Of a stretch of DNA of 64,000 nucleotides, positions 13,071 through 27,558 are shown one piece after another. Under the pieces are notes generated by a model. The model was not told the DNA's origin. It did no database searches and saw only the letters and a list, made by a program, of their open reading frames with translations. The stretch lies in contig NC_090603.1 of the NCBI RefSeq assembly GCF_000497125.1, forward strand, positions 868,001-932,000, given 5' to 3'. The stretch comes from Spironucleus salmonicida. Taxonomy: Eukaryota. How positions within the stretch are numbered: position 1 is the stretch's first letter; each line of letters starts with the position of its first letter. The translations under genes were made by a program, and so were the position numbers.

Positions 13071-16000
13071 ATGACACTTTAAAAGTAAAAATAATAACTC
13101 AATATTATCTAGTCTGAGCTTAATGAAATTAAACATAAATAGTATGATTATATCATTCCAGGTTATAATAATGCATTATTGGATTCTATTTTTTAGATGT
13201 AACGCAAAATAATTAATATATTAGAAAATAGTTAAGTTTAATAATAAGATCTTCACATAGCTATTTAAAACAAACAACTAGTGAAATTATTAAAATAAGT
13301 ATCATTTGAATCTTTAATTTTGCAGTTTTTGGATAATCTATCAGATAAAGATTTCGAAAGTCTTACTTCAGATATTAACAAGGCTACTATTGCGGTTTTC
13401 ATGAATTAAGATTGCTTAAATATGACATAAAATTTATAACTGAGACCGATGTTTCTGGATAAAAGTATGCATAATTATCATAAGTAAACAAATCATTATA
13501 CTATTTTGAATTATGAGAAAATTTCAAATTTTATTAGAACGTCGTTTGATCTAGAATAAAAATTATATAAGTATGCTTCCTCAATTTAATCATAAAATTC
13601 AGTAGATTATTATGATAAATAAATTTTAGAATCAATTAAAATTAAGGTTTTATCAGATGAAGAAAAATATTAGTTAAAATACCCAAGTTTTTTTGCACTT
13701 TTAGATTACTCTTTTGGTGCTTCTGGTTATGAATAAATAGTTAGTTTAACTAGTTAAGGAGAAAATGTACTATTAAGAAAAATTGGTTTGTCAGCCAATA
13801 TGAAATCACTTCGTTCATAAAAAAGACTTCCAGGCCAGATTAGACAGATAACTACTTTGAATCTTAGCTATTTAGGCTTATTACTAAACTCCTTAGGAAT
13901 TATTAATTTATTAAATATTGAATTTAATCATTGTACAATTAAAAATTCACATACAAATATTTTTATATTTAAATCTTTTAAGTATATTAGCTAATAATTT
14001 GAATTCTATGAAGATTTAATTGATCCTATGAATATGTTTTTTTCGGAAGAGATATCTAGCTATTAACGAATTAATTATGATTATGAGGAGGAAATTATTA
14101 ACCAGTTCTTGAATTCTTTTTACAGTATATAATCTGGTCAGGTTGAACTTAGTTTTGAATATGTTCCTTATGAATGTTTAGATATCATGTTAAAAGTAGA
14201 AGAAAAACGTGATAGTTTAATTGAAAGTTAACACAAAATTGTAAGTTGCATCAAAAAAATCTTTCATAAAATTAGTATTGATCTTATAAAATATTTTGTT
14301 GAGTCAAATTTCATAAACGATACTAACATTTTTAATTTATATGAAAAAATAAACGATTTTCTCAATGATGGAATTATTTTAGATTAAGGTAAGGGTTCAC
14401 TATTGGGATTACTTGAAAGTATAAAAAACTGGGATAGCAAATCACATAATATAGATGATTTATTTATGAATATTTTTCCATACGGAATATTCTAAAAAGG
14501 TATGTTAGAGAATATGCACCGAGATTAAGTTATTTCTATTGTGATTAAGGCTATTTAACAGTTTATGTGTCTAAATACTGAAGTAGGGTCTCCGGGATAC
14601 TATTTATCTTAGAATATACGATTATTTTTTGAAAATAAACCGTTAGTAGACTATGATAAGGGTAAAATTTTATCTTTTCTTAATAATTACCGAAACACTG
14701 ATACCTCAACAGTAGAAATTTAACAAGGAACAATTGTTATGTTTGAATAATCTCGAATTTTTACTATTGTTAATAATAAGTAGTGCACGACGGAATTTTA
14801 ACTTAATAATATCTCATCCTTTGTATCATAACTTGTTACTGAATCAATAGATCTTGATGTGGCTCATGTATCGTCTCAGTTATTAAAAAAATTACCATAA
14901 TAAATTTAGATATCCTCGTAATCAATATAAGATTTGATCTCTAAAGCTGTATTATAAGCATAATAAAATGTTTTTGAACGTGAAGGTCTCGCCTTTCTAG
15001 ATTCTCCTCCATCATTTTAAGCAAAAAATTGTTTTTAACGCTTCACTTTTAAAGATTATTTTTATGGATCTGTTTGCAGTGTTCTTGAAAAAAGAATTTT
15101 ATGGTGCATTAATTGGTAATTATAGAACTAATAAAGATAATTATTTGATAGAAAAAAAGATCTTGAAGATTTCATCTCAAATTGGTATTTAAATACTTCA
15201 ATCTATTAGAATAAAAATATTATATATGATTTTTAGAAGCCAAAATAATTTTCTTATAAAAATTCCGTAAAGCTTATTTTGGCATTTCAGAATTATTTGA
15301 TTTAGGCTCTAATCTGTTAATTTAATTTTGAAATGGAACTTCTCAGATAAACGGGAATAGATAAGAACTATATATTATTAATAAATCATCTTTGTTGTTT
15401 AGATATATATGATCCTAGGAAAAAAGAAATTATAGACTTTATCATATCAAATGCTTAATATGATATAAATGTTAATAGTATTCCTAAGATGTCTAATTAT
15501 TACTATGAATTATTTAGATATGTAGAATAAATAATATAAATACCATTAGATATATTATCAGGTCGACTTTTTATTATATTACTATAGAATGTCCAAAACA
15601 TAGATATATAATAATATGATACTCTGAACTCAGAACTGAAAGAAAATTCACTTAAATGGTCTTAAAGTACACATTGTTTACTAGAAAAGTAAAACTCGCT
15701 TATTTCAATTTTATATACTGTTACAAAATCAGTACCTTTCTAAATCTATATGGAACTATATTTAGATAATGATCTAGAATTGTTCAAGCAAAAAATCGAA
15801 GATTTTATCTTAAAACTTGATTTTAACTAATAAAAATTAATATAATATTTCAAATTCAATATTTAAGTAAATAGAATTACAAATAAATCTTAGTTGGGTC
15901 TAGATCGTTATTAAATAGATAAAAACTAAACAAATTTTAATAAACTTAAACTGTTTTTGAATGAGTATTTATTGAAAATTATTGTACTTACTGTTATGGA

Positions 16001-17711
16001 AAATTGCTAATAAAATGACTTAAATTCAGAATATGGTAGAAATTAATTGTTATTTTAGTTTTATTTTACTATTTAGAACCTTAGTTTTTACTTCGTTAAA
16101 GATCAATAGCATATAAAATAAATATAATAGACGATTAATAATATTCAGCTTCTACCTTAATTCGATAACATAACACCAATATCCATATAAAAACAAATTT
16201 TTTTACAGATTATTATCTCAAATTACTTCTTTAACCATTTTGATTAGTTTATTTTTTCTTTAATAAATTCAAAATTTGCAGAACAAATTTTTGATTAAGA
16301 AAAAAAAATTAAGCTAAGTATTGAAAAATCGTATAAAAGGTTACTTAATTTAGCTTAAAATAAATAATCATACTAAGAGAAATCAAATTTTCAACTTAAT
16401 GATCTACTTGCAACTTTTGAGAAGTCAGTTTAATTAATTAGCGATAAAGTTTAATTATTTGAACTAACAGAATAAAAAGTATAATTATTCATATAGTAAT
16501 ATAAAATCAAAGTTGAAAAGTATGATATGATTAAAGTTATTTCATAGTAAAATTTAGTTTTTGAGTTGACTGAGGCCAAACTTAGAAATGAGAATGAGTT
16601 ATGCACATAGAAAATATAAATATAAAAACAAAACAATACAATTATTAGTGAAATAGTTGAAGAATAACAGAGTAGCATATATGACTAAAACGAGCTCCAA
16701 ATAATTCATTATGATTAAACTTCAAAATAAGAAAAACTCAGCGAAGGTCCAAAAGAACTTATTCTTTCATAAAAACTTGTCATAAATTTAGAGCCAATAG
16801 ATGATACTCCAAACTCTGACTCGTCATCATTTATGTCAGATTTACATTTAGACTAAGAACTTTTGTTAAACCCTACCTTTTCAGAGGCACGAATCTTACC
16901 AAAGAATATTACTTTTTCTAATTCTCTTATATTTCTAAGTAACTATGAACCTGAAAAAATCATATTGAATTAAATTTTTTATACTTTAATAACTAAGTCA
17001 AATTACGCTATTTCTAAATCATTGCTTCCTCTTGATTCTTACTCTATTCTTTGCTACTGTCATAAGGTACCTTTAGGAACAATTTTTCTTCCTTTTCGAC
17101 CAAAAAATTAAATAAGTTTGATCTAATCATTATTCACGAAAATTCCGGAAATTTAAATTTTAATAGCAGACTATATCTTGTTAATGCCTAGCTAACCTTT
17201 TGATTCATATTAAATTATGACAGATATTAATATTCAAAATTATAATCTAACACAAATATTCCATCCAGAATTTTAGAATGTTGATATCTTGCGAATTTTT
17301 AATTTAGTAGGTCTTTCAATTGCTACTTTTTTGAAGATTATTGATAACGAAGATAGTAATTTTTAACTTAAATTTAAGGTATATACATTGAAAATACCTT
17401 CTCCTATTAAAGACTAAAATGGTAATTATGGAGCCACATTGACCCTCAGTTGCGGCCATGGTATTAGCGGGGAGTTTTCTAGTTTAGAAAAAGGTGAGAT
17501 GTATTGTACTTTTTGCGGACAAAATGCTGTTCCATAAAAGCTGCAGAGAAAATAAAAAGAAAGAAAATTCGAAATGTTCGATTTTACAAAATATGTAAGA
17601 AAATAATTTTTTGAGTCTCCTATATTGATTGTCTAGCCTGAAGGCGCGGTCTTGAAGTATTCTGGTTAATTTGGTTATTTTAATTAGTTTTTAGATTACT
17701 TTTTAGACTGA
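13071..17711 (+). CDS. large protein, 1546 aa, with a split RING-like motif near the C-terminus (UBR-type E3 candidate)
   Basis: ATG 13071 and TGA 17709 in frame, interior spot-checked; LCYCHK...LSCGH...GEMYCTFCGQNAVP. Confidence 0.7.
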
Positions 17712-20700
17712 TATTCTAATTTTCACTTTATAGAATTAAAAATTAATGAAATAAAATAACATTTTATACCATCTTTAAAATGAATTATATTATTATATTA
17801 ACATTTACATTAATAAGATGATTTTTTATTATTATAAATGGATAAATACTTTTTTGCTTTGGTGGTTTGTCAATCGCTAATTTATTAATTTACAGATATT
17901 TTAGACACTCTAACTCTAATATTTAAAATAATATTTATTATAATTACTATCGTGCAAATTAATAGCTTGATGGTAATTAGTGAAATCATCTTACCGATGA
18001 GGTTATCTAAACTTTCTGGTAAATAACTAGTTATAATAATATATCAATAATTAATAAAAATCTATTAATTCATATTAATATTTATTTCAGACAAATATTC
18101 TAAACTTCAATATTATTTAATTCATATTTTTATAAGGATCCAACCTACTCTATTCCTATTTATATTTAGAATCTACTAAAATTAGAATTAGATATTTCGT
18201 TATAGAATCATCAATAATATATTAGATAAATGGGTACTGAAGTCCTAGATATTTAAAGCTCCTAACATTTGTATTCAATATTATTAAGTTATTTGGTAAA
18301 TTAAGAAAAAATATAATAATAATTAAACATTTTTAAATGGGAATATACTTATCAGTTACTCAAAATCACATGAATTTTGAGTAATAATTAATATATTTTC
18401 CCTGATATACTATTTAAATTAACATTTTGCAGACTGTATGGATTTCATTTTATTAACCCATAAGAATGATCCGTGATAATTAGATACTAGGAGTGACTTA
18501 TTAGTTTATTGTAATGCAACAAATTAGATTTCATCCATTATTAAAAAATACTAAATAGCATCTAGTGATGGATTGATAAATTAACAGATATTATACCATT
18601 TTTCGACAAAACTGTAAAATTTATCGTAAATTATTATATATAGGTATTAATTTTTTCCAAATTAAATTTTCAAATCGTTATTAATTTCAGCAAGAAGTCT
18701 TGACTGTTAATATTTAAATACCTTCTCAAAATGTTAGTATTATATGGTTTAGAATAATTATATTATCTCAGTCGAATTTGGTAATATAGTTGTTTGAAGT
18801 ATAGCTGTATTATAATTAGGTAAATTAGCTATTTTGATTGATTTACTATTTGTTTTTAGCTATATTAGAATCTTTAAAAAAATTAAATTTTTATTTTTAC
18901 TGATACAAAGAATTTATAAAGATGAATTATTAATTTCTCTACCGGAATTTGATTTATTAATAATAAGCTTAGACAAATAGGTTTTAAAAGAGCTTAATAT
19001 ATTTACATTGCTATTGGGCTCGATATTTAAAAAACTTATGTATAGGCTCATATGATTAACTGGGTTAGACTAGTCACACACATACCTAGACAATTTTGAA
19101 ATCAATTTATTGCATTTATGTATAGTATCTGTAAATAACTTTATTTCAAATGGGTAAATTAATTATTAATTTTTTAAATCATAATGTTATCTATTGATTA
19201 TCCTATTTATCTCTTCTATATCAAAAATATGACTTCTTATTAATATAAAAGTTATATAACTATCCTTAATTTCTAAAACTTTGCATGTTTAACTGTGAAT
19301 ATTCATTAAATATTTATCTAATAAAAATACGTAATAGTTACGTATTATGTTTAAACAACTATTTATTCCAGCTAGCTAACTAGACTTAGAGTAATTTAAA
19401 TCTTCTCGTAATTATAATATCCTTGCATAACACATAAATTTATTAAGAAATAGGTTTATATATTAATTTTCTTTTCTTTTGAAATAATAAATATTTGAAG
19501 GTTATTCAATTAAAGAACCTAATCTATAAATATTTTAATGTATAGTCCTTAATATTGTTATTAAAAATAAACATTTTGAAACATATACTATCATCAAATT
19601 GTTTGGTTTGCTGTAGTATGATTAAATAAGAAACTTGATTATTTATCTAGATCCTAAATCTTATAAAACTCATTCTATAATACAAATTCTTAAATAATTA
19701 TTATGAAATAATGGAAATATTTTTAATTAATATTATATTTTTAATGCATTTTTGGTTAGATTGTTTACAACAAATATCCAGTCAAATATAATTGTTCAAC
19801 TAAATATCTATTATAGATATCTATATCAGACTATGTAATTGTAAAAAATCTTTGATGAATAAAATAAACATTAACTAATTTACTATTTTCATAAATTAAT
19901 ATTTAAAAAAATACTATTAACTGAACAATATAGATTTAGTAAAAAATAAGAAAGAACTAATTAGCAATGCAATTGTTATTTATTCTAGCAGATTATTTTA
20001 ATAAAGTAAAACTGATTTTTTTGAATATATAGCTTTTTCAAAATTAACAAAATTACCCAATATTTCAGGTAGTAATGTATTATTTTAAAAACTAACGTAT
20101 ATCAAAATCCTCATAGTAATTAGGTTTTAAATCAATCAATTAAAATTGAACAAATTGTACTATTATTCTGCTATCAGTAGTAAGCTAATTCTAAAATAAA
20201 TCTTATAAAATAAATTAATTCGTATAATAATTAGAATGAGTAATATGATAAGATTCTTTCTATTAAAATACTTGTTATTTTTATAGCTAAAGTAATGAAT
20301 TTATAACAATTTCTAATGCTATACCACAACTGCAAAACCATACATGGTAAAAAATCACGAATATATCAGCTTAAGTATTATAGAAATAATATTTTAATTT
20401 AAAAAATGTTGGAGAATTAATTATATCTCGGCTAAGAAAGATAAATAATTGTTATCTTTAGCATCTATAAAACACAAAATTCTATCTTATAATTATATAA
20501 AATTGTTTTTTGTTTTGAATATTTTAATAGATTTACTATTCACTGAGAATATCTTGAACCAGATTAGTATATTTAGTTATCATAGTAAAATTGAGAGAAG
20601 TAATAAATGTATTTTAATACTAATTTATTTTGTATAGTAAATATAAAAATTAAAAGACTGATTCATAAATTTACTTTTTATTATTAAAAAAATTCTTAAT

Positions 20701-21028
20701 AGTGAAGTGTTCTAGAACGTCTAGTAAAGGTTCATTACCTTATGTAGATTATACAAATTAATCATAAAATTATGAAAATTGTTATTATTATGTTAATATT
20801 AACTTTTTATTGTATGTAAACATATGTTTTGCAGGAATTTTACGTCTAATACTGTTGCTTGTTCTTTGCAATTTTTAGCAATTATTATTAATGTATCAAT
20901 ATTACTTTTTTTACAATAAGAATCACATGTAGTGTACGTGTTCACTATTTTAAACTAAAAGAATTTATAGTTACTCAAGTCAATTTTTTGAAATTTCCTT
21001 CATTCAAAATATATTATAATAAATAATA

Positions 21029-21787
21029 TCAATCATTATTTATAATACAAGCAAATTATAAGCAAATAGAATACAGTCGTGCCGGAATACTAATTTAAAC
21101 ATATGGACCTTCTAAGGAACTTACTATGGGAAAATTTATAGGGGGTATAATGGTACTATTATGTTTCTCATACAACACTTAATCATTCCAATCAGCCAAC
21201 ATATCTAAATTATAATATTAAGCTTGCTTATTATTTAACAAATCAACATTATAATCGTTTCGAATTGGTGTTCTTCCTAGACTAGGAAAACTATCCAAAA
21301 ATTTACGGTCCATTCCTACATTTGGTGGAACCTCGTCATCACTATTATGTTCTTCTCCACCATCTGGCTTACGTGTATATGATCTTTTCTGCTACATTAA
21401 AGCATCTAAATGACGGAATTCTTCTTAAGAAATTTTACTCTTCATTTATTAACTTTGTACCTTAGTATATCTCACAATAACCAAGTCTAAAAATGAATCT
21501 TTATAAACCTATTAAAACGCTTACTGCACATCATCAGAATTTTATAAAAATACACCTGCGGTTTCAAAATCTTATTTAAATGAAACTCTGAAAAACTAAG
21601 AATGTAAGAATCCAGCCTGAGTTCGATCTTTTATCGCATTTTTAAGCTCTGTTAACGATTTAAAGTTATTAGCAGAGAGTACTACATCATAATTGGTTGA
21701 TATTTTGTATGCTGGCTAATCTATTGTAGATTCTCGCGTGATTGTATATACTGATATTTTAGTCTAGTATGACTAATGTCTGGACAT
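21029..21787 (-). CDS. hypothetical protein, 252 aa
   Basis: MSRHQSYQTKISVY...; CCACT just upstream; in-frame TGA 21029. Confidence 0.7.
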
Positions 21788-21855
21788 CTAAAGTGGGAAT
21801 TTAATAACTATTATATAATATATATATTTATATATATTATTATAAAATTCTAAAA

Positions 21856-23646
21856 ATGGAAGATTTAGAAAATTTCATTGTTTAATCATTGGAGGATCTT
21901 GTTGATAATGATTTGGTACAAAAAGCACTAAATTCAGAGAATAAGTTTCAATCTCTTTTCGAATTAGTGCTTAATTAATTTTTAGATTAATAAATGAAAG
22001 CAATTGATGACAATGAAAAATTTTAACTTTAAACAACTCAACTAAGCGATAAAGTTAATTAATTTTAATCCAAAATAGATTTGCTTTAATTAGAAAATAC
22101 TGCGCTTAAAACATCTGATTCTATTTAGCTATGTGAGGATTCATTTTTCAAAGCATTCGAGAAGAAAAATAATGAATGTATTAAGTTGACCTAGATTTTA
22201 GAAGAAGTTTAAATTTAGTTTACATCTTATAAGACACTATTTTCGGAAACATGTGATGAGAAAAATGCAAAAATAATTGAAAAAACGAAAACCATCAAAT
22301 AATTAACTCGTAAACTTGAAGATTTATCATCTACAAAGGACCTTTAATAAACACAAAATTAAACATAGTTTTAGTAATTGGAAGTAAGTTTTAAATAACT
22401 TACTAGCTAATATCAAAATTCGTAGCTTTTAATACATTCATTAGAGCAAGATAATACTAATTACTTGAAAGAAAATTAACTTTTCTCATAAACTATTGAA
22501 TAATCAGCACTTATTTAACAGAATTTAACTAGTGAATAGAATAAAACTAGGAATCTTTAATAATTACTTGATAGCCTTGAAATAAAACATTAAGAATCAG
22601 AACTTTTTATCTAGAAACTAAATTAAGAACTGTTATAATATTAGTAATAATAATAAAAATTTGCAGTTGAAAATGAGTCATTAAAAACTTAACTTAAACA
22701 ATTAGAAGAAGTATTTAACAATCAGCTTAAAGAAGTAGATAATGAAAATTCACATATTATTTCAAAAGAACTAAATTTTATCTAATAAATTAACTAATTA
22801 TAAGACGAAAATTAATAGTTAAAACACTAAGAAAATTTTGTATCTGATTAAACATTAGAACTCTAAAATTAATTAGCTAATTTGTTGATAGAAAATGACA
22901 ATTTAAACTAGGTTATATTAAGTTAAAGAAATGAAAATGAGAATGAAAAAAAGAATTAAATTGATGTAAAGATTAAATAATTATAATCTAAATTATAGAT
23001 AAATGAAACACATTTAACTCATAAGGAAAAAGAGAATTCCGCTTTGAAAAGTGATTTAGCTAGAATAAAAGCAGAACTTTCAGCAACTAAAAATTTATAG
23101 GTTAATAAGCCTGATTTAAGCGATATACTATTAATAGAATAGCAGGAGTTAATGAAGTTTTAAGAAAAAGTTATGAGCGAAAACAAAAATTTTAAATCTA
23201 TTATTGATCAAAAGAATGAACTTATAAGCGAACTTGAAATTTAATTAGAAAATCCTTAAAACATTACACAATAACCACTTTAATGTTTAAATATTGAAGA
23301 AAATGAAATTTTAACTAAATTCTCTATAATTTTGACTTCCTATGAAGAAGTGTTAGCATAAGTATTTTCTCCAGGTTTTTCGTCTCCAAAAGCTCTTAAG
23401 ATATTATCATAATATTATTTAAACAAATAAGGAGATATTGAATCTTTTATGACCTATCTTGCTAACATTAACTAAAGATGTTTATCTTATATTGTTCTTA
23501 AGAAAATAAATAGTATATTCAAAAATTCATAAAGTGTTAAAAGTTTAGTTCTACAGGAAAAAAAGATGAAGTAAAGTTTGAGTAAAACTTAAATATTTGA
23601 TATTGATGATAACGCGGAAATTGTCGAATTAGTGGAAATTAATTGA
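21856..23646 (+). CDS. coiled-coil protein, 596 aa
   Basis: MEDLENFIVQSLEDL...; Q/E/L/K heptad-like composition; TGA 23644. Confidence 0.8.
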
Positions 23647-23684
23647 TATATTTTATATTATAGTAGTTATTTTATTTATAAGTA

Positions 23685-24131
23685 ATGACCAACTTAACTG
23701 ATTTAGAATTTTAAATAAATTTTATTGATAGTATGCATTCTTAGTTAGTTAATTCCATGATACCACATCTCATCTCTAATATATCATTAATTAATAATGA
23801 TAGTCTTTTCGAACAAATAGATATAATTTAAAAAGATATTAATATGATGAAAGCACACTATGATAGCTTATATTAACAACATGAATCATTTAAATTTCAG
23901 TTATAAACAGCAATTCATCATTAGTAGTCTAACTGTAGCTCTCCTGTTTAGGAAAGAAGTTTAATGAATTCGAATGCCAGCTTTTAAGATCAGTAAACTG
24001 AAATATTAGAGTTTAAGATTAACTAAGATAATTTGCACACCAAAAATTTAAATTTAAAAAGTTTAATCCAGAAGTTCCAGATTATACTGATCATAAGCTT
24101 CCTTGTTTTAATATTCGTTTTACTGATTTGA
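23685..24131 (+). CDS. tail-anchored coiled-coil protein (SNARE-like architecture), 148 aa
   Basis: Helical body followed by C-terminal TM IILIISFLVLIFVLLI and stop. Confidence 0.7.
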
Positions 24132-24183
24132 CTTAATATTATGTTTTATACTTTAGCACACAGCTTACCTACTCCTATATCAC

Positions 24184-25167
24184 TCACTCACTCTCCACAT
24201 CCCACCCTTCTATAATTGCCTCAAATCCTCCTTCAACGGGCAACTTCAAATCTGGCATAAGCTGCCGATCGTTGCTCTCATCATAATAGTAGTGGAAACC
24301 GAGCATCAGCGCTGTGAAAATATCGCACGCCATCATTACAGCCAGGTTCGTATCCTCTACTTATATTTCTACCAACTTTTTGAATTTTTCATCGTGCATT
24401 ATTATGTCCTAGATGCGCGAAAACACCAGCTCCTCGATCTAGTCGTCCCAGACTTCCAGGAGATTTTCGCGAGTGGGCTCGAACTCGAACATCTAGCGTA
24501 GCGGCTCGGCACCAAATGTGGCGCTGACGAACTCGAATAGGTCCCTAACCTCGTTCCTGAGCTCGTACCTTCGTGGAAGGCGCGACCTGAAGAGTGCGAA
24601 GTTCTCTCGAAGATTTTCGTCGTTTATCATGACAACTTGCGCACCAGAGGGCTGAATTTTCAGTGTGGTAGTGAGCTGCTATATGCTCAGGTCAGGGTCC
24701 TGCCGCTCCAGCTGCGCGACCTCGACGTCAGCCTGCAACGCGCCGAGCAGCTCTTGCAAAGTATCAATTTGGCATATCTTGGCAGCGATTTCAGCGGTTT
24801 GAGCAGCATTCTGATCCGTCAGATGTGTGTTATGCCCTTAAAGCGTCTAGAAGTCCGTCTACAGCCGCTCTAACTGCGCGCTCTACTCGCTGAACTGCAG
24901 CTCTCGCTACTCGTGAACTATCTCTCTTTCCTGGTTAGCCTGAAGTTGTTTCTAAAAGTTCTGGTTCAGAAGTCGCAGATGCTCCACGGCAGTCGTGATT
25001 TTCTCCTGCCGCTGGCGGAGTTCGCTATTTTCGGCCTTCAGGGAGTCGATTTGCAGTGTGTTCAAGTCTAGCGTGTGGTCAGTATCGCACCGATGCTGTC
25101 TGGATTGTGCAATGATGCTGAGCTGGTCCTAGAGGCTGGCCCGATGCGTGGCGAGAAGGGAACGCAT
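24184..25167 (-). CDS. coiled-coil protein with GC-enriched codons, 327 aa
   Basis: MRSLLATHRASLQDQL...EGWDVESE; ends in GAGTGAGTGAGTGA. Confidence 0.8.
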
Positions 25168-25267
25168 TTTGAAAGAAATTGAAAATAGTATAATATAATA
25201 GTATAATAAATGTAATATAATTTTATTTTTAAAATATATATTATTATATAATAATAGCTGACTAAAA

Positions 25268-25840
25268 ATGAACGTATTCGTTTCTGTGGGGACTACGAAG
25301 TTTGATGAGCTGATTGGCATTTTTTCGGATCCTGAATTCGTCAGGGAACTCAAATTTGTTAAAAAGTTAACCATTTAGCACGGAAAATCTACTGCCCCAA
25401 TTTTACCAAGTCCCCATGTCGTTTTTGATTACACTGACAAGTTTTAGGAAATGATTGACGAAAGTGACCTAGTTGTCTCACATGCAGCAGCTGGTACTCG
25501 TTTGGATGTGATATCAGCTGAAAAACCACATTTGATGTTAGCAAATAGGTAGCTTCACGGAGACCATCAGAAAGAAATGGTAGACGCTTTCAATATGGCG
25601 GAAAATCCATCCGTCAAAGGTTTTCTGGATCCGTTGGAGTTAAAAAGCTTTTTACAAAAATTGACTGTAAAAGATCTCAAGTTGATGCAAAAGCCAGTAA
25701 GCTATCCTTCAAGCTAATAAATTTTGGATATGGTATAATAAACAATGCTCCAAAAAGAGAATGGAACATATATCTTGTTAAGCATATTCGCAATTATTTT
25801 ATATGTTAATTTATATGTGCTCACAATTATCCTTGAGTGA
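25268..25840 (+). CDS. ALG13: UDP-GlcNAc transferase subunit ALG13 (GT28 C-domain) with C-terminal TM, 190 aa
   Basis: VFVSVGTTKFDEL, IQHG, DLVVSHAAAGT, NRQLHGDHQKE; ends GAG TGA. Confidence 0.9.
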
Positions 25841-25851
25841 AATTATACGCT

Positions 25852-26247
25852 TCAGAACCAATCAACAACAATTTTACCTTTTTGAAAAGACTTAAAAGCA
25901 CATACTTCAACTTCGTCAGCTGCTGGATTTTCAATTGAGAAAATACCTCTTGCTACTGCCTTATTCTGTTCAGCATTATTAACAGCTACAAATTTCCTTT
26001 GAGGTGAAAATACTAAAAGAGTAGCTTTTGCTTATACCACTAAAAGAGGCGAATAAGGTGATATTTCCGCGGTATTATTTATCATTTCTAAGTCTTAGTA
26101 ACCTACCAATATAGAATTGCTTCCACCTTCTATCTATTTTCCTAATTTTAGATTTAGTAATGTTTCTAAATATTCCATTGGTTTTTAGATAAAACGAGGA
26201 TGCAATCCAAATGTAACTGCCATTGTTTTTTTATAAATTTGTGACAT
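25852..26247 (-). CDS. RNA polymerase stalk subunit RPA43/Rpb7-like, 131 aa
   Basis: LHPRF, ILVGYQDL, SPLLVVQAKATLLVFSP resemble the Rpb7/A43 N-terminal domain. Confidence 0.55.
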
Positions 26248-26310
26248 TCTTGGTAAAGTGGTGAATATTATTTTTTATTATAGTATAATTAATAGTATAT
26301 TTAATCAAAA

Positions 26311-27558
26311 ATGGAAAAAATTTGGGAAAATTTACAATTTTCAACTGATCTTCCTTCAGGTAACGAATTAAAAAATTTCCTCACTGAAGATTATTAGAAG
26401 TAACGTCAAAATTCATCTATAGATTTGAAACTTATAAAACAAAAATAAGATTTCACGTCAGGATTTGATTATCATTCTTACCTAAAATAACCTCTTTTAT
26501 TTACAAGATTTCCCACCAATGATACACTTAATCCATCTGTTCTATCAACAGCACTTCAAGAACAATAAATTTAGACAAATCATAAACTATTAAATGAAAA
26601 TATTGATTTACGAAAAGAAAATGCTACTCTCCGGGAAGATAACGCAGACCTGTAAAATTTAATTAATCATTAAAAGCATGAAAACTATTTAGATTACTAA
26701 CTTATAGAGGATCTGTGTAAAAGATATTTAATAACAATAACCTCTTCCGATATTAAAGAAAATTTAAGAAAATTAATTGCTTATTTTACAGTTAATTAAA
26801 CAAAATATGAAAAAGAAGTCAAAATATATGATATAAGATATGATAATTACAATAAATATGAAATTTAATCATTAAATCACAAACTCAAATAATTAGAACA
26901 GTAGGTTATTTTAGAGTAATAATAGAGATAATCAGCTAATGATTCATTCAATTCTATTTTGGTCGACAATTAAAAATTAAAAACAGACATTTATAATTTA
27001 TAAATCTAGAATATCAATCTATAATAAAATTAATGCAAGATTTAGCATAAACTTGATACTACAACTCTTTAATAACTAAAAGTGTTCGATAAAGATATAT
27101 AATTAATAGAGTTTTCATAATTTTAGAAATAACTATTTAGAGCAAACTAAATTTTGAATCTTTCGCCAAATTTAACCATAGCAGAAGTTTTAGAGTAAAT
27201 TATCATTAAAATTATTGAGCTCAAAACTTAGGTTGTAAGCGAGAAAATACTTATTCAAAGTGAAAAAATTAAATCTGTAAAAGAAGCATAAAATAGGAAG
27301 ATATTCATTGATATTAATAATAGCTAGGAATATTAAGATAAATTTGGTAAAGAGATTGAAAATTTACTTGAAATTGATGATTTAGAAAATATTTAACAGC
27401 AAAATTACTAAAATATTACTATTATTTAATAGTAAGAGCTAATAATGAAATTTTAACCTATACTAGATAAAATACAGAAAATCGGTAAAGGAATGGATTT
27501 TCAGGGTGATTAAATACAAATACTAGACTAAATTTGGTAGTTTATTATGGATTAGTGA
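26311..27558 (+). CDS. coiled-coil protein, 415 aa
   Basis: MEKIWENLQF...; Q-rich; ends TAG TGA. Confidence 0.8.
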
